A stretch of DNA of 59,483 nucleotides from Chiloscyllium plagiosum (GCF_004010195.1 NC_057720.1:35513294-35572776); one strand, 5' to 3'. Positions 25,891 through 38,589 are shown, counted from the first letter of the stretch. Translations and numbers: made by a program. The notes: generated by a model from the letters alone, not told the origin.

Positions 25891-26926
25891 AGTCATAGAG
25901 ATGTACAGCAAGGAAACAGACCCTTCAGTCTAATTGGAGAAAGTAACGTCTGCAGATGCTGGAGATCAGAGCTGGAAATGTGTTGCTGGAAAAGCGCAGC
26001 AGGTCAGGCAGCATCCAGGGAACAGGAGAATCGACGTTTCCTGAAGAAGGGCTTATGCCCGAAACGCGATTCTCCTGTTCCCTGGATGCTGCCTGACCTG
26101 TTGCGCTTTTCCAGCAACACATTTCCAGCTTCAGTCTAACTGGTCCATGCTAGGAATCCTGACCTAATCTAGTCCCATATGCCAGCACTTGGCCCAAATT
26201 CTTTAAACCCTTCCTATTTATATACCCATCCAGATGCCTTTTAACTGTTAATTCCACCACTTCCTCTGGCAGCTCATTCCATAAGTGTACCACCCTCTGC
26301 ATGAAAAAGTTGCCCTTTAGGTCCCTTTTTAAAATTTTTCCACTCTTGCCCTAAACCTATGGCCTCTAGCTCTAGATTCCCCTATCCCAGGGGAGAAAAA
26401 CCCTCATGCCCCTCATGATTTTATAAACCTCTGTAAGGTCACCCCTCAGCCTCCGAGGCTCCAAGGCAAACAGCCACAGCGTATTCAGCCTCTCCCTGTA
26501 ACCCTGACAACATCCTTGTAAATCTTTTCTGAACCCTTTCAAGTTTCACAACATCCTTCTGATAAGAGGGAGACTAGAATTGCACACAATATTCTGAAAG
26601 TGGCCTAACCAATGTCCCGTACAGACGCAACATGACCTTGCAACGTCTATGCTCAATGCCCTGTCCAATAAAGGAAAGCATACCAAATGCCTATTTCACT
26701 ATCCTATCTACCTGCAAATCCACTTTCAAGGAGCTATGAACCTGCACTCCAAGGTCTCTTTGTTCAGCAACACGCCCCAGGGGCTTTACCATTACGTGTA
26801 TAAATCCTGCTCTGATTTGCCTTTCCAAAATGCAGCACATCTCATTTATCTAAATTAAACTCCATCTGCCACTCCTCAGCCCATTGGCCCATCTGATCAA
26901 GATCCTGTTGTATTCTGAATTAACCT
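25891..26926 (-). mobile_element. 5'-truncated CR1 LINE
   Basis: Colinear with 45901-46780; CR1 tail at about 25891. Confidence 0.93.
25938..26130. mobile_element. Inverted pLTR pair nested in CR1 tail
   Basis: Inverted arms around a hammerhead motif at 26041; TSD CTTCAGTCTAA(T/C)TGG (25923-25937, 26129-26143). Confidence 0.88.
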
Positions 26927-27524
26927 ACATATTCGGTTGTGAATGGTAGTAGACAATCAAACAATTCATTGGAGGAGGAAATTTCACAAATCAGGTATGG
27001 TGGAACTCAGCACATCTTTGCGAAAAGCAAGACTGATGCATTCACAAGGGTCTTCAATCAAGATTGTGAAGTGGGCAACGCATCTCAGCCTCTATCTGAG
27101 ATCAATAGCATCACAGAATTTTATTTACTCCCAGCAATATCTTTGCCCACAAATAGCCTGCCCATGAAAAGTAGGACAAATACAAAGTAGCCAATTGCCA
27201 CCCAATAGCCTATTCTCAAAGTTATATAAGCAATCATTGACCATTCCAACAAGCAGCACTTACTTGACAATAACTTACTCACTGACACTTAGTTTGGCTT
27301 CTGCGAAGCCCATTCAGTTCTTTACTTCATTACAGCTTTGATCTGAACAAGAACAAAACATTATAATTTGTGTGGAAGTGAGGATGACTTCCCTTGATGA
27401 TATCAACATATCATCTAATTGAGATGGTAGCATCAAGGAGCCATAGGAAGCTGGAGTTAATGGAAATCAGGGGATATCACTCAGTTGGTTGCAGTTATAA
27501 CCAGTCCAAAGTAATGGTTGGACG

Positions 27525-28040
27525 TTGCTGAAAGAAAAACAGATTTTGTCAAAAACTTTTCACCTTTCGCTCATCAGGATAGTTTGCAAGAATACCTATC
27601 AAGGGGAAATCAACATGTACACTGTATTAGGAAAGTGTGTTGTTTGGTTAGTAAATGGACTCTAATTGGCAGAGGTGTTGCCACGGAGAATGCACTAGTT
27701 AACAATAACTAACAATTAACTATCAGACTTTAAGTTTTAAATCAGGCCGGTTGACTCTGGGCAAGGCATTGTCCTGGGAGATGAACCAGCAAGTGGCTAA
27801 CATTTACGTTGTTGAGTAAAAATGGGTGCTGTGTGTGTATGTGTACTTTCTGTTTGTAAAGAACATGGCTCTGTGAAATAATGAATGTAGGTTTCAGTAC
27901 AGATAAATGCCTTACTCCCGAACATTGTTGTCAGCATAGCTCTTCACACACACACGATGATCCAGAAAATATTGTCCAATTACTGAATCATATCTATTGT
28001 GGACACTGTTGTGAGTTTTGAAAGCACAGCTGGTTGGGTA
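27525..28040 (-). mobile_element. Probable further Penelope-type 3' region with degenerate hammerhead
   Basis: Minus strand TCCTGATGAGCGAAAGGTGAAAAGTTTTTGAC at about 27548-27579; interrupts the old LINE. Confidence 0.4.
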
Positions 28041-28050
28041 TGGTAAGTAC

Positions 28051-28300
28051 TTTCTGGATTAGTGGTGCTGGAAGAGCACAGCAGTTCAGGCAGCATCCGA
28101 CGTTTCGGGCAAAAGCCTTTCATCAGGAATAAAGGCAGAGAGCTTGAAGGGTGGAGACATAAGCTAGGGGAGGGTGGGGGTGGGGAGAAAGTAGCATAGA
28201 GGAAATGACCTGGGAGTTGCCGTGGGAGAGGGACTCCCTGAGATTCTTGTAGAGAGAGGAGGAAAACTTCTTCAAGGCAGGCATCCTTGCAAAAGGATTC
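28051..28300 (-). mobile_element. Penelope 3' fragment (family B) with internal deletion
   Basis: Near-identical to 59316-59483, joined to RT N-terminal coding sequence (NPFARMPALKKFSSSLYKNLRESLSHGNSQVISS in ORF 28123-28404). Confidence 0.85.
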
Positions 28301-28964
28301 GCACTGTGTACAGCCACAAGATGTACTGAGCTCCACCATAACTGAGGATGGGAACATTTGTGAAATCTCCTCCTCCAATGGATTGTTTGATTGTCCACTA
28401 CCATTCACAACTGAATATGGCAGGTTAATTCAAACTACAATGGGATCTTGATCAGATGGGCCAATGGGCTGGGGAGTGGCAGATGGAGTTTAATTTAGAT
28501 AAATGAGAGGTGCTGCATTTTGGATATATTTCTTTAACAATAGAAAGATATTGTGAACATCAGATTGAATAATTGCCTAAGAATGAAATTCTTTCTATTC
28601 CTCCTTCCATTGAAGGCAATTAAAGGTAATTACATCAAACAAACATGGACAAATCCCCTAGCCAAGGTTCATTTCCACAAATATTCGCAAGAGAAATAGT
28701 ACAGAGCTTGTTAACAACATCACAACTATCTGCAAGCAGTTTCACAGGACCTCACAGTTGCTAACAATGCAAGCAGGTAGAAGTAGAATTGATTCAAAAA
28801 CATAAAGAGCAGCATCCTTGTGTATTGAGGAATAAGTCTTCTCTCAATCACAGGAATAATCTTCACAAGGCTCTTATTAAACCATATGTGAGACAGACTC
28901 AGAGATAAGATTCTCTCAGAATCACACTGTGGTTTTAGGGTTAACCATGGAATAGCTAATATGG

Positions 28965-29062
28965 AATTATAAACAGAAATTGCTAGTGAAACTCAAGTCA
29001 AGCAGCATCTATGGGAAGAAAGCACAGTTAATGTTTGGAGTCCGATGACTCTTCAACAGAAC
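28965..29062 (-). mobile_element. Penelope pLTR remnant (family D) inside RTE
   Basis: AAACAGAAATTGCT...GCAGCATCTATGG...GTTAATGTTTGGAGTCCGATGACTCTTCAACAGAA. Confidence 0.65.
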
Positions 29063-29868
29063 ACTGATTATGATGTTTGTAGCAAAACAACGATAACAAA
29101 ATGCAACAAGAAACATCAGGATGTGTTGATATCATGTTCACGGACCTAACTAAAGCCTTTGACAATGTGGGCAAAAGTTGACTATGGCATTAGCTCTCCA
29201 ACCTAGGGTATCTAAACAAATTTGTCAAAATTCCACACAAATCGCATGATGGCGTGGTTGCTCATGTTTATGCCAATGTGTGACCTCTGGTGTCTTTGAG
29301 CTAACCAATGGCATAAATCAAGGATACATTGTTATTCTTTAACTGTTCAATTTTTTTTGCTACAATGCTTAAGGATGACATGCCTGTAGTCTTCAACAAT
29401 AGTTTCCATTCATTTTGAAGTTGTTTAGTCTCTTAAAACTATGTAGCTCTACTAAAGTCATAGAGGCTGTAATCAGAGACGTTATAAATGCAGATATCAT
29501 GCCTAATCTTCCCACGGCATAGTAGACTTTCAGACTATAGTAAACAAATTTGCAAGTGGAATCAAACACTTAGATTGTTAAATTATTATCTCCAAGACCA
29601 AAATTATATTTCAGCCAGCACCAGGCCCTTGCTATGAAACACTAGACATAACTATTGATGGGACCAATCGAAAGGGTGTAAAAAGTTTTGCATACCTTGC
29701 TAGTGTACTTCCTAGAAATATTGATGTTTTCCATACTTGTGTCCAGAAAGCAATTATTGTCTGTGACTGACTTAATAACAAGTCTGGAAGCAGCATTATA
29801 ATAAGCTTAAGACTCCAATAAAATACAACCAGGCCATTGTCCTTACCACTCTGCCAATGGTAGCATGA

Positions 29869-30003
29869 GGAGAAAGTGAGGACTGCAGATGTTGGAGATC
29901 ACTTTCCTCATTCCTGAAGAAGGGCTCATGCCAGAAACGTCGATTCTCCTGCTCCTTGGATGCTGCCTGACCTACTGCGCTTTTCCAGCAACACATTTTC
30001 AGC
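29869..30003. mobile_element. pLTR insertion (short antisense end plus sense pLTR) inside RTE
   Basis: Hammerhead motif at 29914-29941; TSD CAATG(G/A)TAGCATGA (29855-29868, 30003-30016). Confidence 0.85.
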
Positions 30004-30024
30004 AATGATAGCATGATACCATAT

Positions 30025-30070
30025 CATAATTCTGGAATGCATCCAAAACATAATTCTGGAATGCATCCAA
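30025..30070 (+). repeat. Tandem duplication, 24-bp period
   Basis: CATAATTCTGGAATGCATCCAA at 30025-30046 and 30049-30070. Confidence 0.9.
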
Positions 30071-30559
30071 TTTCATAATGAGAATTCAATGCCAAGACAA
30101 AATGACTAACAATGAGATACTTCATTGTATTGGGCTCAGCACAACAGCATAGAGACCACTCAAAGGACAAACACATCCAGGTGGTCAGAACAAAACGTAA
30201 ATAAAGCTTGAAGAAATTTAAACGTTTGCATTAATAGATTGACTTCCTTGGGGAAACAGTTCAGCAAACCAGCTATGGGGGACAACCATTGAATTTGGTT
30301 CAGTAAGTTTCAAAGACCATCTGCACAGAAAACGCACCATCTGAAATGGGCAGAGAAAGACCATAGGTGGTGGAGCTCTAGAGGTTCCCTTAAACACCCC
30401 AACAAAGGCAACATGAACAACCATGCCGATCCTTTCATGAGCTCCTCAGTCATGAAAGGACCCATGGAAGATGATGAAATCTTTTTTACAGCTCGGATGT
30501 ACTCATAACGAGTAGTTTCATCATGGTTAATGACTTACACATTTGTGTATTGGAGTTAA

Positions 30560-31610
30560 TTTCAAAATGTGGAAATAAAACTTAGTGTTTTGAACTGTAT
30601 AAAGGATTGTAGTAGCCCTCCGGAAAAAATGGACACACTGGTAGAAAAGATAGATGCAGAGAGTGATGTAACCTTAATGCGGAGAAGTATGAAGTAACAG
30701 CATTTAATCAAGAGACAGAGGAAATGTAATATGAGTTATAAGTTATAACTTTAAAGGAGTTGTAGAAAGAAAATGATTTGTGAATATTTCTGAAATCATG
30801 CAGGTAACAGGGCAGTTTGACACTTTGTTTAAAAATACTTGCAGTGTCCTGAGTTTTATAAATGGAGTCATAGACTATAAAAGCAAGGAACAAATGATGA
30901 ACCTTTTTAAAATGTGCGTTGAGCTTCATACTTTGAGAGATTTAAGGAAGGGTGCAGAAAAGATTGACAGGAATTGTACCAGAGATATGGAACTTCAGTT
31001 ATGCTGTCAGATTGGGGAATTTGGATTATTCTCCTTATGAAAGAGAAGACTGGGGTGGATTTAATAGAAGTATACAAAATCTTCAGAGTTCCAGACAAAA
31101 TAGATAGAAAGAAACTCTACAAATTGGCAGAAGAATCAAGAATCAGAAAAAACAGATATCTTGTGATTGAGGGAAAAATAAGTGACAACAAAGATTAGAC
31201 TAGATTCCCTACAGTATGGAAACAGGCCCTTCATCCCAACAGGTCCACACTGCCCCTTCGAAGAGTAACCCACACATTCCCCTACCCTATTTTTACCCCT
31301 GACTAATGCACCTAACACTATGGGCAATTTAGCATGGCCAATTCACCTGAGTTGCACATCTTTTGGATTGTGGGAGGAAACCCACGCAAACACGGGGACA
31401 ATGTGCAAACTCCACACAGACAGTCGCCTGAGGGTGGAATCAAACCTGGGTCCCTAGTGCTATGAGGCAGCAGTGCTGACCACTGAGCTGCCCTATTTTA
31501 CTTAGTGTGCAGTTAGGATCTAGAATCTGAAAGGGTGGAAGTGACTGGTTCAATGGAAATTTAATAAACACCTGAAAGGAAAAACAAAATTTAGAGCTAC
31601 TGAGAAAAGG
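30560..31610 (+). mobile_element. Old CR1 3' region, interrupted by SINE
   Basis: DLIEVYKIFR...ESRIR motifs in ORF 30974-31198. Confidence 0.7.
31195..31493 (-). mobile_element. tRNA-derived V-SINE (HE1-like)
   Basis: Head GGGCAGCTCAGTGGTCAGCACTGCTGCCTCA...GGTTTGATTCC, V domain and CTGTAGGGAATCTA tail. Confidence 0.88.
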
Positions 31611-32570
31611 TGAGAAAAGGTAAATTGCTGTTCCAGAGATCTGGTACGGACCTGAGAAACTGAGTGACCTCCCCCTGTCCTGTAACATTCTATAATTCCA
31701 GGAGAAAGCCCAAATTTCTGCCAAGACCACATTAGGTAACATACTCTACACTGGTAATTGAATCTGAGAACTTCTGTTTAGCTTAGTTCTGTGTTGGCTT
31801 TTACTCATTAATACATTTGTGAGGTGAACAATGAGCAGTTTTCTCATTTGACTGTGTTTTGTTAATGGCTGACACCATGTGAGAGGTGCATCCAACAAAT
31901 GTCAATCAAAAGAGAATAATAACGTAGTGATTCAAATGTTAGTATTTAGGTGGTTCTTTCATGAGTAAAACTGGAGTGATTTGTAAACTCAAATAATTGA
32001 AATTTAAAAATCCACTCAACTTTGTCAGTGTAGGATATAGCCGTTCACAGTCATAGCATTTTATGGATGTTTTCTTTGAAAGATAAGAAATGATAGTAGA
32101 CACTCCGGGCATGAATTTAGAATGTTCCAACGGGAAGCTTGGGACATTATAGATAGCAGGTTAATGTTAGAATTTACACACTCAACGCTGATCATGTGTG
32201 ATAGAGTTGCAGTTCACTGGAATTTCTGATGGACAATTTTGGGATATCCTACCAGAAAGTGTAAGTTTAATTTTATATTGAAATTACTTCATTAATGTTC
32301 CAAATTTGCCATCTTCAGGAAAGCTACAATTCAAATACATGCAAACACATTTTATAACACAGCCAATTTTATTTTCTATCAAAATCAATTTAAAAGAAAA
32401 TCCATTGCGCTGTAAAAACAACTGCCTATTTGTTAAAATTTGTTAAGCCTGCAAGTGAACTTCACATTTCCAGACACAAACTTAAAAATCTATATAATGC
32501 TTCATACAATTTTGATGAGAATAGATGATAATTATGATATTTGCTAATTTTTGTTGACAATAATATTGTA

Positions 32571-33011
32571 GTTAAAAATCACACAACACCAGGTTTAACA
32601 GGTTTAATTGGAAGCAGTAGCTTTCGGAGTGCCGCTCCTTCATCAGGTGATTGTGGAGGACACAAGTCTAAGGCACAGAATTTATAGCAAAAATTTACAA
32701 TGTGATGTAATTGAAATTATACATTGAAAAATACCTTGATTGTCTGTTGAGTCTTTCATCTGTGTGGTATTCGAACAGATGAAAGACTCAACAATCAAGA
32801 TATTTTTCAATGTATAATTTCAGTTACATCACACTGTAAATGTTTGCTATAAATTCTGTGCCTTAGATTTGTGTCCTCCTCAATCACCTGATGAAGGAGC
32901 AGCGCTCTGAAAGCTAGTGTGCTACCAATTAAACCTGTTGGACTATAACCTGGTGTTGTGTGATTTTTAACTTTGTACACCCCAGTCCAACACCGGCATC
33001 TCCAAATCATG
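32571..33011. mobile_element. Palindromic Penelope pLTR doublet (family C)
   Basis: ~200-bp inverted arms centred near 32769, each with a hammerhead motif, plus a one-sided extension; 12-bp TSD AATAATATTGTA (32559-32570, 33012-33023). Confidence 0.88.
32885..32919 (+). ncRNA. Minimal hammerhead ribozyme motif (family C)
   Basis: CAC-CTGATGA-A-GGAGC-AGC-GCTCT-GAAA-GC-TA-GTG: helix I CAC/GTG, 5-bp helix II, palindromic AGCT; mirror copy on minus at 32615-32650. Confidence 0.75.
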
Positions 33012-33430
33012 AATAATATTGTAAATTGCCTCACTACCTGGGCTGACAATTGAGCAAGATTTCATGCAAATAATTTAAGGCTACAGATTAGAAAGCCAGG
33101 ACTCCAGATAACATAAGACATCCTCCCCACCTGTCCATGCTCCAGTAGCCACAGGCCAATCTTTTGAGGGACTCTCCCATTTTGCAGTGGTAGCCTGGTT
33201 GCAAAAGCTGATTTTTAGTTTACATTTCCAGATGGTATTGAGAGGGTGTTTCTATCTTGAAATGCACTCTCCCTCTCTATCATTCCATTGAATCTTACAG
33301 CTACTTTCAAGCTGAATGGCCTTTGTTTGATTGGTCATCCAGTTTCAAGAGCCCACTCACTGTCTTTAATTCAATGATCAGATCTCCCCAGTCCTGCAAG
33401 AGGATTCACAGTAAGGTTAAAATCAACTAG

Positions 33431-34005
33431 GTGAAAGTGAGGATTGCAGATGCTGGAGATTAGAGTCAAGATTTAGCACTTTAGGGAACATCTCCGGGAC
33501 ACCGGCACCAATCAACCCCACCGCCACGTGGCCGAACATTTCAAATCCCCCTCCTACTCTGCTGAGGACATGTAGGTCCTGGACCTCCTCCACCGCCACT
33601 CCCTCACCACCCGACGCCTAGAAGAAGAACGCCCCATCTTCTGCCTCGGAACACTTCAACCCCAGGGCATCAATGTGAACTTCACCAGTTTCCTCATTTC
33701 CCCTCCCTTCCACCTTACCCCAGTTCCAACCTGCCATCTCAGCACCATCCTCATGACCTGTCCTACCTGCCAATCCTCCTTCCCACCTATCCACTCCGCC
33801 TCCCCCTCAGACCTATCACCTTCATCCCCATCCATCTATTGCACTCTTATTTACCTTCTCCCCAGCCCTACCCCCTTCCATTTATTTCTCCACCCTGGAG
33901 GTTCCTAGCCTCATTCCTGATGAAGGGCTTTTGCCCGAAATGTCAATTTTCCTGGTCCTTGGATGCTGCCTGACCGGCTTTGCTTTTCCAGCACCACTCT
34001 AATCT
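33431..34005 (+). mobile_element. Penelope 3' fragment: GIY-YIG C-terminus plus pLTR, with short inverted 5' end
   Basis: FREHLRDTGTNQPHRHVAEHFKSPS...RRLEEERPIFCLGTLQPQGINVNF with one stop codon; hammerhead at 33917-33944. Confidence 0.92.
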
Positions 34006-34856
34006 CTCCCCAATCCTGCCCAGCCATAGAGAAAATCACAATACAGTTACCCATACAGTATCGGCTTCTCACCCACATTACGCTTTGATAGTCTTCAGAA
34101 GCCCACAAGGAAAATCCAGCTCCAAGATTCAAGATTTCCAAGTTACTTCAAACTGGCTTCAGTGTCCCTCTGTTTTTCCTTTTGTTTGTCCCTTAAGCCT
34201 TAAAAAGAGGACTCAGAAGAGAGAGTGGAGAGATATCTATTGATTTGGCATATGCAATTTGAGTCCATAGTAGAAGATGCAGGCAACATAAGAAAAATGA
34301 ACTATCCTTATTTTAAAGACTTGGCTTTTCCTGGCAGAGGAAAATATTTCTCTTAGCACGTATCAACATAAGATACTTCGTTTCTTAAAATATTTTGTGA
34401 GGATACCAATGCAAAAAGAAAGAACTCATTCTGGAAAAGAAAGTCCAAATTTTATACAACTTTTTTTTTATGAGTTTTGAAATTAAATTGTATAGCTTCA
34501 GTACGTTATTTCTGGAATAATGGAAATCGCTGCAGGCAAGTTTTATCTAAAGGCAAGACTGAATTTGAAATGACACATTGTTATTTAGTAATTGCACTTC
34601 AGTTTTGATTTCAGTATTTGACAAATAGTGACAAACTGCTGTATTGTTGAACAATAATGCATTTACTCTGGTTGTGTAGGATTGTATTTTTCCTTGTTAG
34701 TTATAAAAGAAAGCTCTTTTATAACTGAACAAAAACAAGAAAATAATTACTGAAAATCTTCATCTATGCATTGATTTAATTAAACATCTTTTGGAAAAAC
34801 AAAAAGATTATATTATTCATTTTTAGTTTTCTTTAAAAAAATACTGCATACAATTA

Positions 34857-35192
34857 TAGAGTCATTGAGTCATACAGCATGGAAACAGTCCACACCAAAG
34901 ATGTTCCCAAACCAAACTAGTCTTGCTTGCCTACTTTTGGTCCATATCCCTCCAAACCTTTCCTATTCATGTACTTATACAAATGTCTTTTAAATGTTGT
35001 AACAGTGCCTGCATTCACCATTTCCTCTGGCAGTTCATTCCACATATTAATCACTCGATGTGTAAAAAAGAAGTTGCTCCTCATGTCCTTCTTTCTCCTT
35101 TCACCTTCAGAATAATACCCCCAAGTTCTGAACTCCCTCACCCTAGGGGAAGGACCCTTGCTATTTACCTTATCTGTACCCCTCGTGATTTT
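34857..35192 (-). mobile_element. CR1 3' fragment
   Basis: FFTHRVINMWNELPEEMVNAGTVTTFKRHL in ORF 34917-35264; CR1 tail. Confidence 0.9.
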
Positions 35193-35994
35193 ATCTTTAA
35201 TTCTTTTATGTTTTGAAATAACCTTGCAAGATATTTGTTGAAAAATAATATTTGAGAAAAACAAACTGCTTGACCAAAGAAAATGTCTGTAAACAGAGGG
35301 TTAATGTTTGACTGCAGAACTTAGTATTCCGAGTCATTCTTTTGCATTTGATGGCACCAGCCTTAAGTTTTGCAATTCAGCTGGTTTTTTTTAACATGAT
35401 TGACTGAAAGTGGGTGTAGATTATAGCTCTCACACTTCTGCTGGCTATCAGGCAGTCAGTAATAGAGGCCTAGCCACTGGCATGATGTGAAACTAATGGT
35501 CATAATTGCCCTCAGTGTTTGACAGGGCTGCTATCACAGCTCTTGAAAACTGTATGTTTAAAGCAAGATTTTCAGTAAATTACACCATAATGGTGAAAAG
35601 AGCAGTGTATCCACACGCACATACAAACAGTCTTCCTACTTCACTCTAATCGTATCCACTGCAGAATTTGGCTATATACCTAAGTGACACCTAGATACTG
35701 TCTATTGTTTGACAGTTATTAGATTGTTAAATGTTGGAGTGCATTTCCACCTCTTGCAGTGCAGAAGGTAGCTGATAACTAGTACATTTATTGTAATTGG
35801 AATCCCAGTGATAAAAAAAAAGTTATTCCACCAACCTTCTTAAGATCATCTAGAGAAAATGGAAAATGATTGACACTAAATAAGCTGGTAAAGCAAATAA
35901 GCAACAATGGATCCATTTGACTCAATTCCACTTCCAGTAAAATGCTGGAATCAATTATCAAAAATAACCTTGAGGATCATTTGTGCGATAATAA

Positions 35995-38585
35995 CTTAGT
36001 TTCAGGTCCTTCAAGCTTGCTCTGCAATTCAATAAGATTATGGCTGATGTATTTGAGTTTCGAATTCCATGTTCCTATCTACCCCAATAATCCTTGATTT
36101 TCCCTGCCTAACGAGAATCTATCCACCTCTAGATGTTCAATGAACTTGCCTCCATTGACACCTAAGACATAGAATTCCTGAGAGAAAAACATTTCATCTC
36201 ATCTCTATCCTGAAAGGTTGACTCCTAATTTTACAACAATGCCCGATAGTTCTTCCCCAATCCACAAGAGGAAATATCCTTTCCACATCCATTTTATCAA
36301 GACCATTCAGGAACCTAGCACATCAACTTAGCACTCACTCTTCTAAACTCCAGTAGAACCAGCCCCAGCTGATCTAATCTATTCTCAAAAGGCAATCTAA
36401 TAACCCTCCTCTGAATCAACTATTTTGATATTTGTGAATTTTGCCACCATGACTTTGTTCCTGTCATCTAAGTCATTGATGTAGGTTTAAAATGCTGTGA
36501 TCCCAGCAAAGACATCTGCCAGATTTCACGTATCATCATATGGATCATAAGGTACAGGAGCAGAATTAGTCCATTTGGGCCATCAAGTCTGTACTGACAT
36601 TCAATCATAGCTGATTAGTTTCTCAACCCCATTCTCTTGCCTCTCCCCAAAACCTTTGATCCCATTACTAATCAAGAACCGCTCTATCTCTGTCTTAAAT
36701 ACACTCAATAACTTGGCCTTCACAACCTTTTGCGACAATGAATTACACAGATTAGCCACATCACTTTCTTCTGGTTGAAGAAATTCCTCCCCCTCTCATT
36801 CCATAAGTGTTGTCCCTTCACTCTGAGGCTTTGCTCTCGAGTACTAGTCTCTCCTACAAGTGAAAACATCTTCTCCACGACCAATCTGTTCAGTGCTCTC
36901 AGTATTCTGTCAGTTTCAATCAGTTCCGCTCTCATCTTTCTAAAGTCCATTTAATACAGAGCCAGTGTCCTCAATTGTTCCTCATATGACAATCCCTTCA
37001 TCCCTCAGGTCATTTTTGTAAACATCCTCTGGACCCTCTCCAATGCCAGCACATCCTTCCTTCAATACAGGGCCCAAAACTGCTCACTGCAGAGTCTTAC
37101 ACAATCTCAGCAGTACATCCCTGCTCTTATCTTCTTGAAATTAATGCCAACGTTGCATTTGCCTTCCAACTGCTAAGTGAACCTGCATGTTAATCAGACA
37201 AACGATTCATTATATATGCTCTCTGTTTTCAGCAAGCCAGCTGAACTTCTGTCCATGCTGTTACCCCTATTTTCCACAATAACCTTTGATGTGACACCTT
37301 ATCCGATGTCTTCTAGAAATCCAAGCACAGTACATATAAGGGCTCCCTTTATCTACCGATCATGCTACCCTTTCAAAGAACTTCATTAAATTGGTTCAGC
37401 AGAATTTCACTCTGGCGAAATTATGTTGAATCTCTCTAATGATTGATTCTAGATTCTAACTCCTGCCACATGTTGGTCAACAAGCTAATTCTCCTATGGT
37501 TTTGTGTTTTTTGACTTCTTCTTTATTTAACAATGGGGTTATAATTATTATTTTCCAGTCCATTGGAATTTTTCCTGAATTGAGGAAGTTTTGAAAACCT
37601 AACACCAACACATTTATGATCTCATTAGCAATTTCTCTTTAGATCCTGGTGTAAAGTCCATCTGCACCTTTCGACTTGTCAGCCGCAGCTCCATAAGTTT
37701 GCTGAGTACCACTTAACTAATGATTGTAATTTCATTAACTTCCTCTCATCTTTCCACTATCCGATTTGCAACAGTAATTAGAATTTGTTTTTGTATCCTC
37801 GACAATAATGACAGAAGCAAAATATTTGTTCATTTCATCCATAACTTTCTCATTGTTTGCAATTAACTCCTCAATCTCACTCTCTGGAAGACCCACACTC
37901 TCTTTATTTGCATGTTTTCTTTTAAATACCTGTTGAACCTCTTGCTATCATTTTTACGTTCCTAACTAGTTTCCTATAACATTGTAATTTCTTCCTCCTG
38001 ACTAATCTTTTAATCATTCCTGCAGTTCCTTATATTCTGACCAATCATCTGATCTGCCATCCATCTTTACACAAAAAATATATTTGTGCAAGTTTGATGT
38101 TTATCCATAAATATACTTCAGTTAACCTCCCATTAGACATTTCCTTTACAGTAGGAATATACATCTTAGTATTCTGAAATATCTCCTTGAATGTCTGCCA
38201 TTGTCTCCATTGCTATGTCCTGTTGTCTAGCATGCCAGTTCATTTAACTCCACTTTCATGCCAACAAATTTGTCTTTTATTTAGATTTAAAATACCAGTC
38301 TTACTGAGTCTTCTTCCTTTCAAACTGGATGTAAAATTCATTTTGTGGTTTCTCTTACCTACAGGGTGCCTTAACTCTCAGGTAATTAATTAATCCTGTT
38401 ATATTACACAGAACCAAGTCTTGCATATCCTGCTGTTTGGTTGGTTGCAAAATGTGCTGCTTTAAGAAATTATGTCAAAAGCGTTCTATGAACCCTCATC
38501 CAGATTACTACTACCACTCTGATTTTTCTAATTTATATGTAGATTAAAGTCAATCATGATTATTGCTCCCCCTTTATCACAAGCA
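35995..38585 (-). mobile_element. Old CR1 with a younger CR1 3' fragment nested at about 36543-37190
   Basis: Two CR1 3'UTR tails (about 36000 and 36545); ORF 36720-36950 resembles the CR1 ORF2 C-terminus; decayed upstream ORF2 beyond 37190. Confidence 0.7.
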
Positions 38586-38589
38586 TACT

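Larger units (their letters stand above)
25440..27520 (+). mobile_element. Old CR1/L2-group LINE interrupted by a pLTR and a younger CR1
   Basis: Degenerate RT motifs near 27290-27500 (FGF ... HQGA..KLELMEIRG). Confidence 0.6.
28805..30470 (+). mobile_element. Decayed RTE-clade LINE
   Basis: Degenerate GISLLSITG..F.RLLL, ILSESHCGFR, FTDLTKAFDNV, KFVKI...HDG and TNGINQG motifs in order. Confidence 0.75.
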
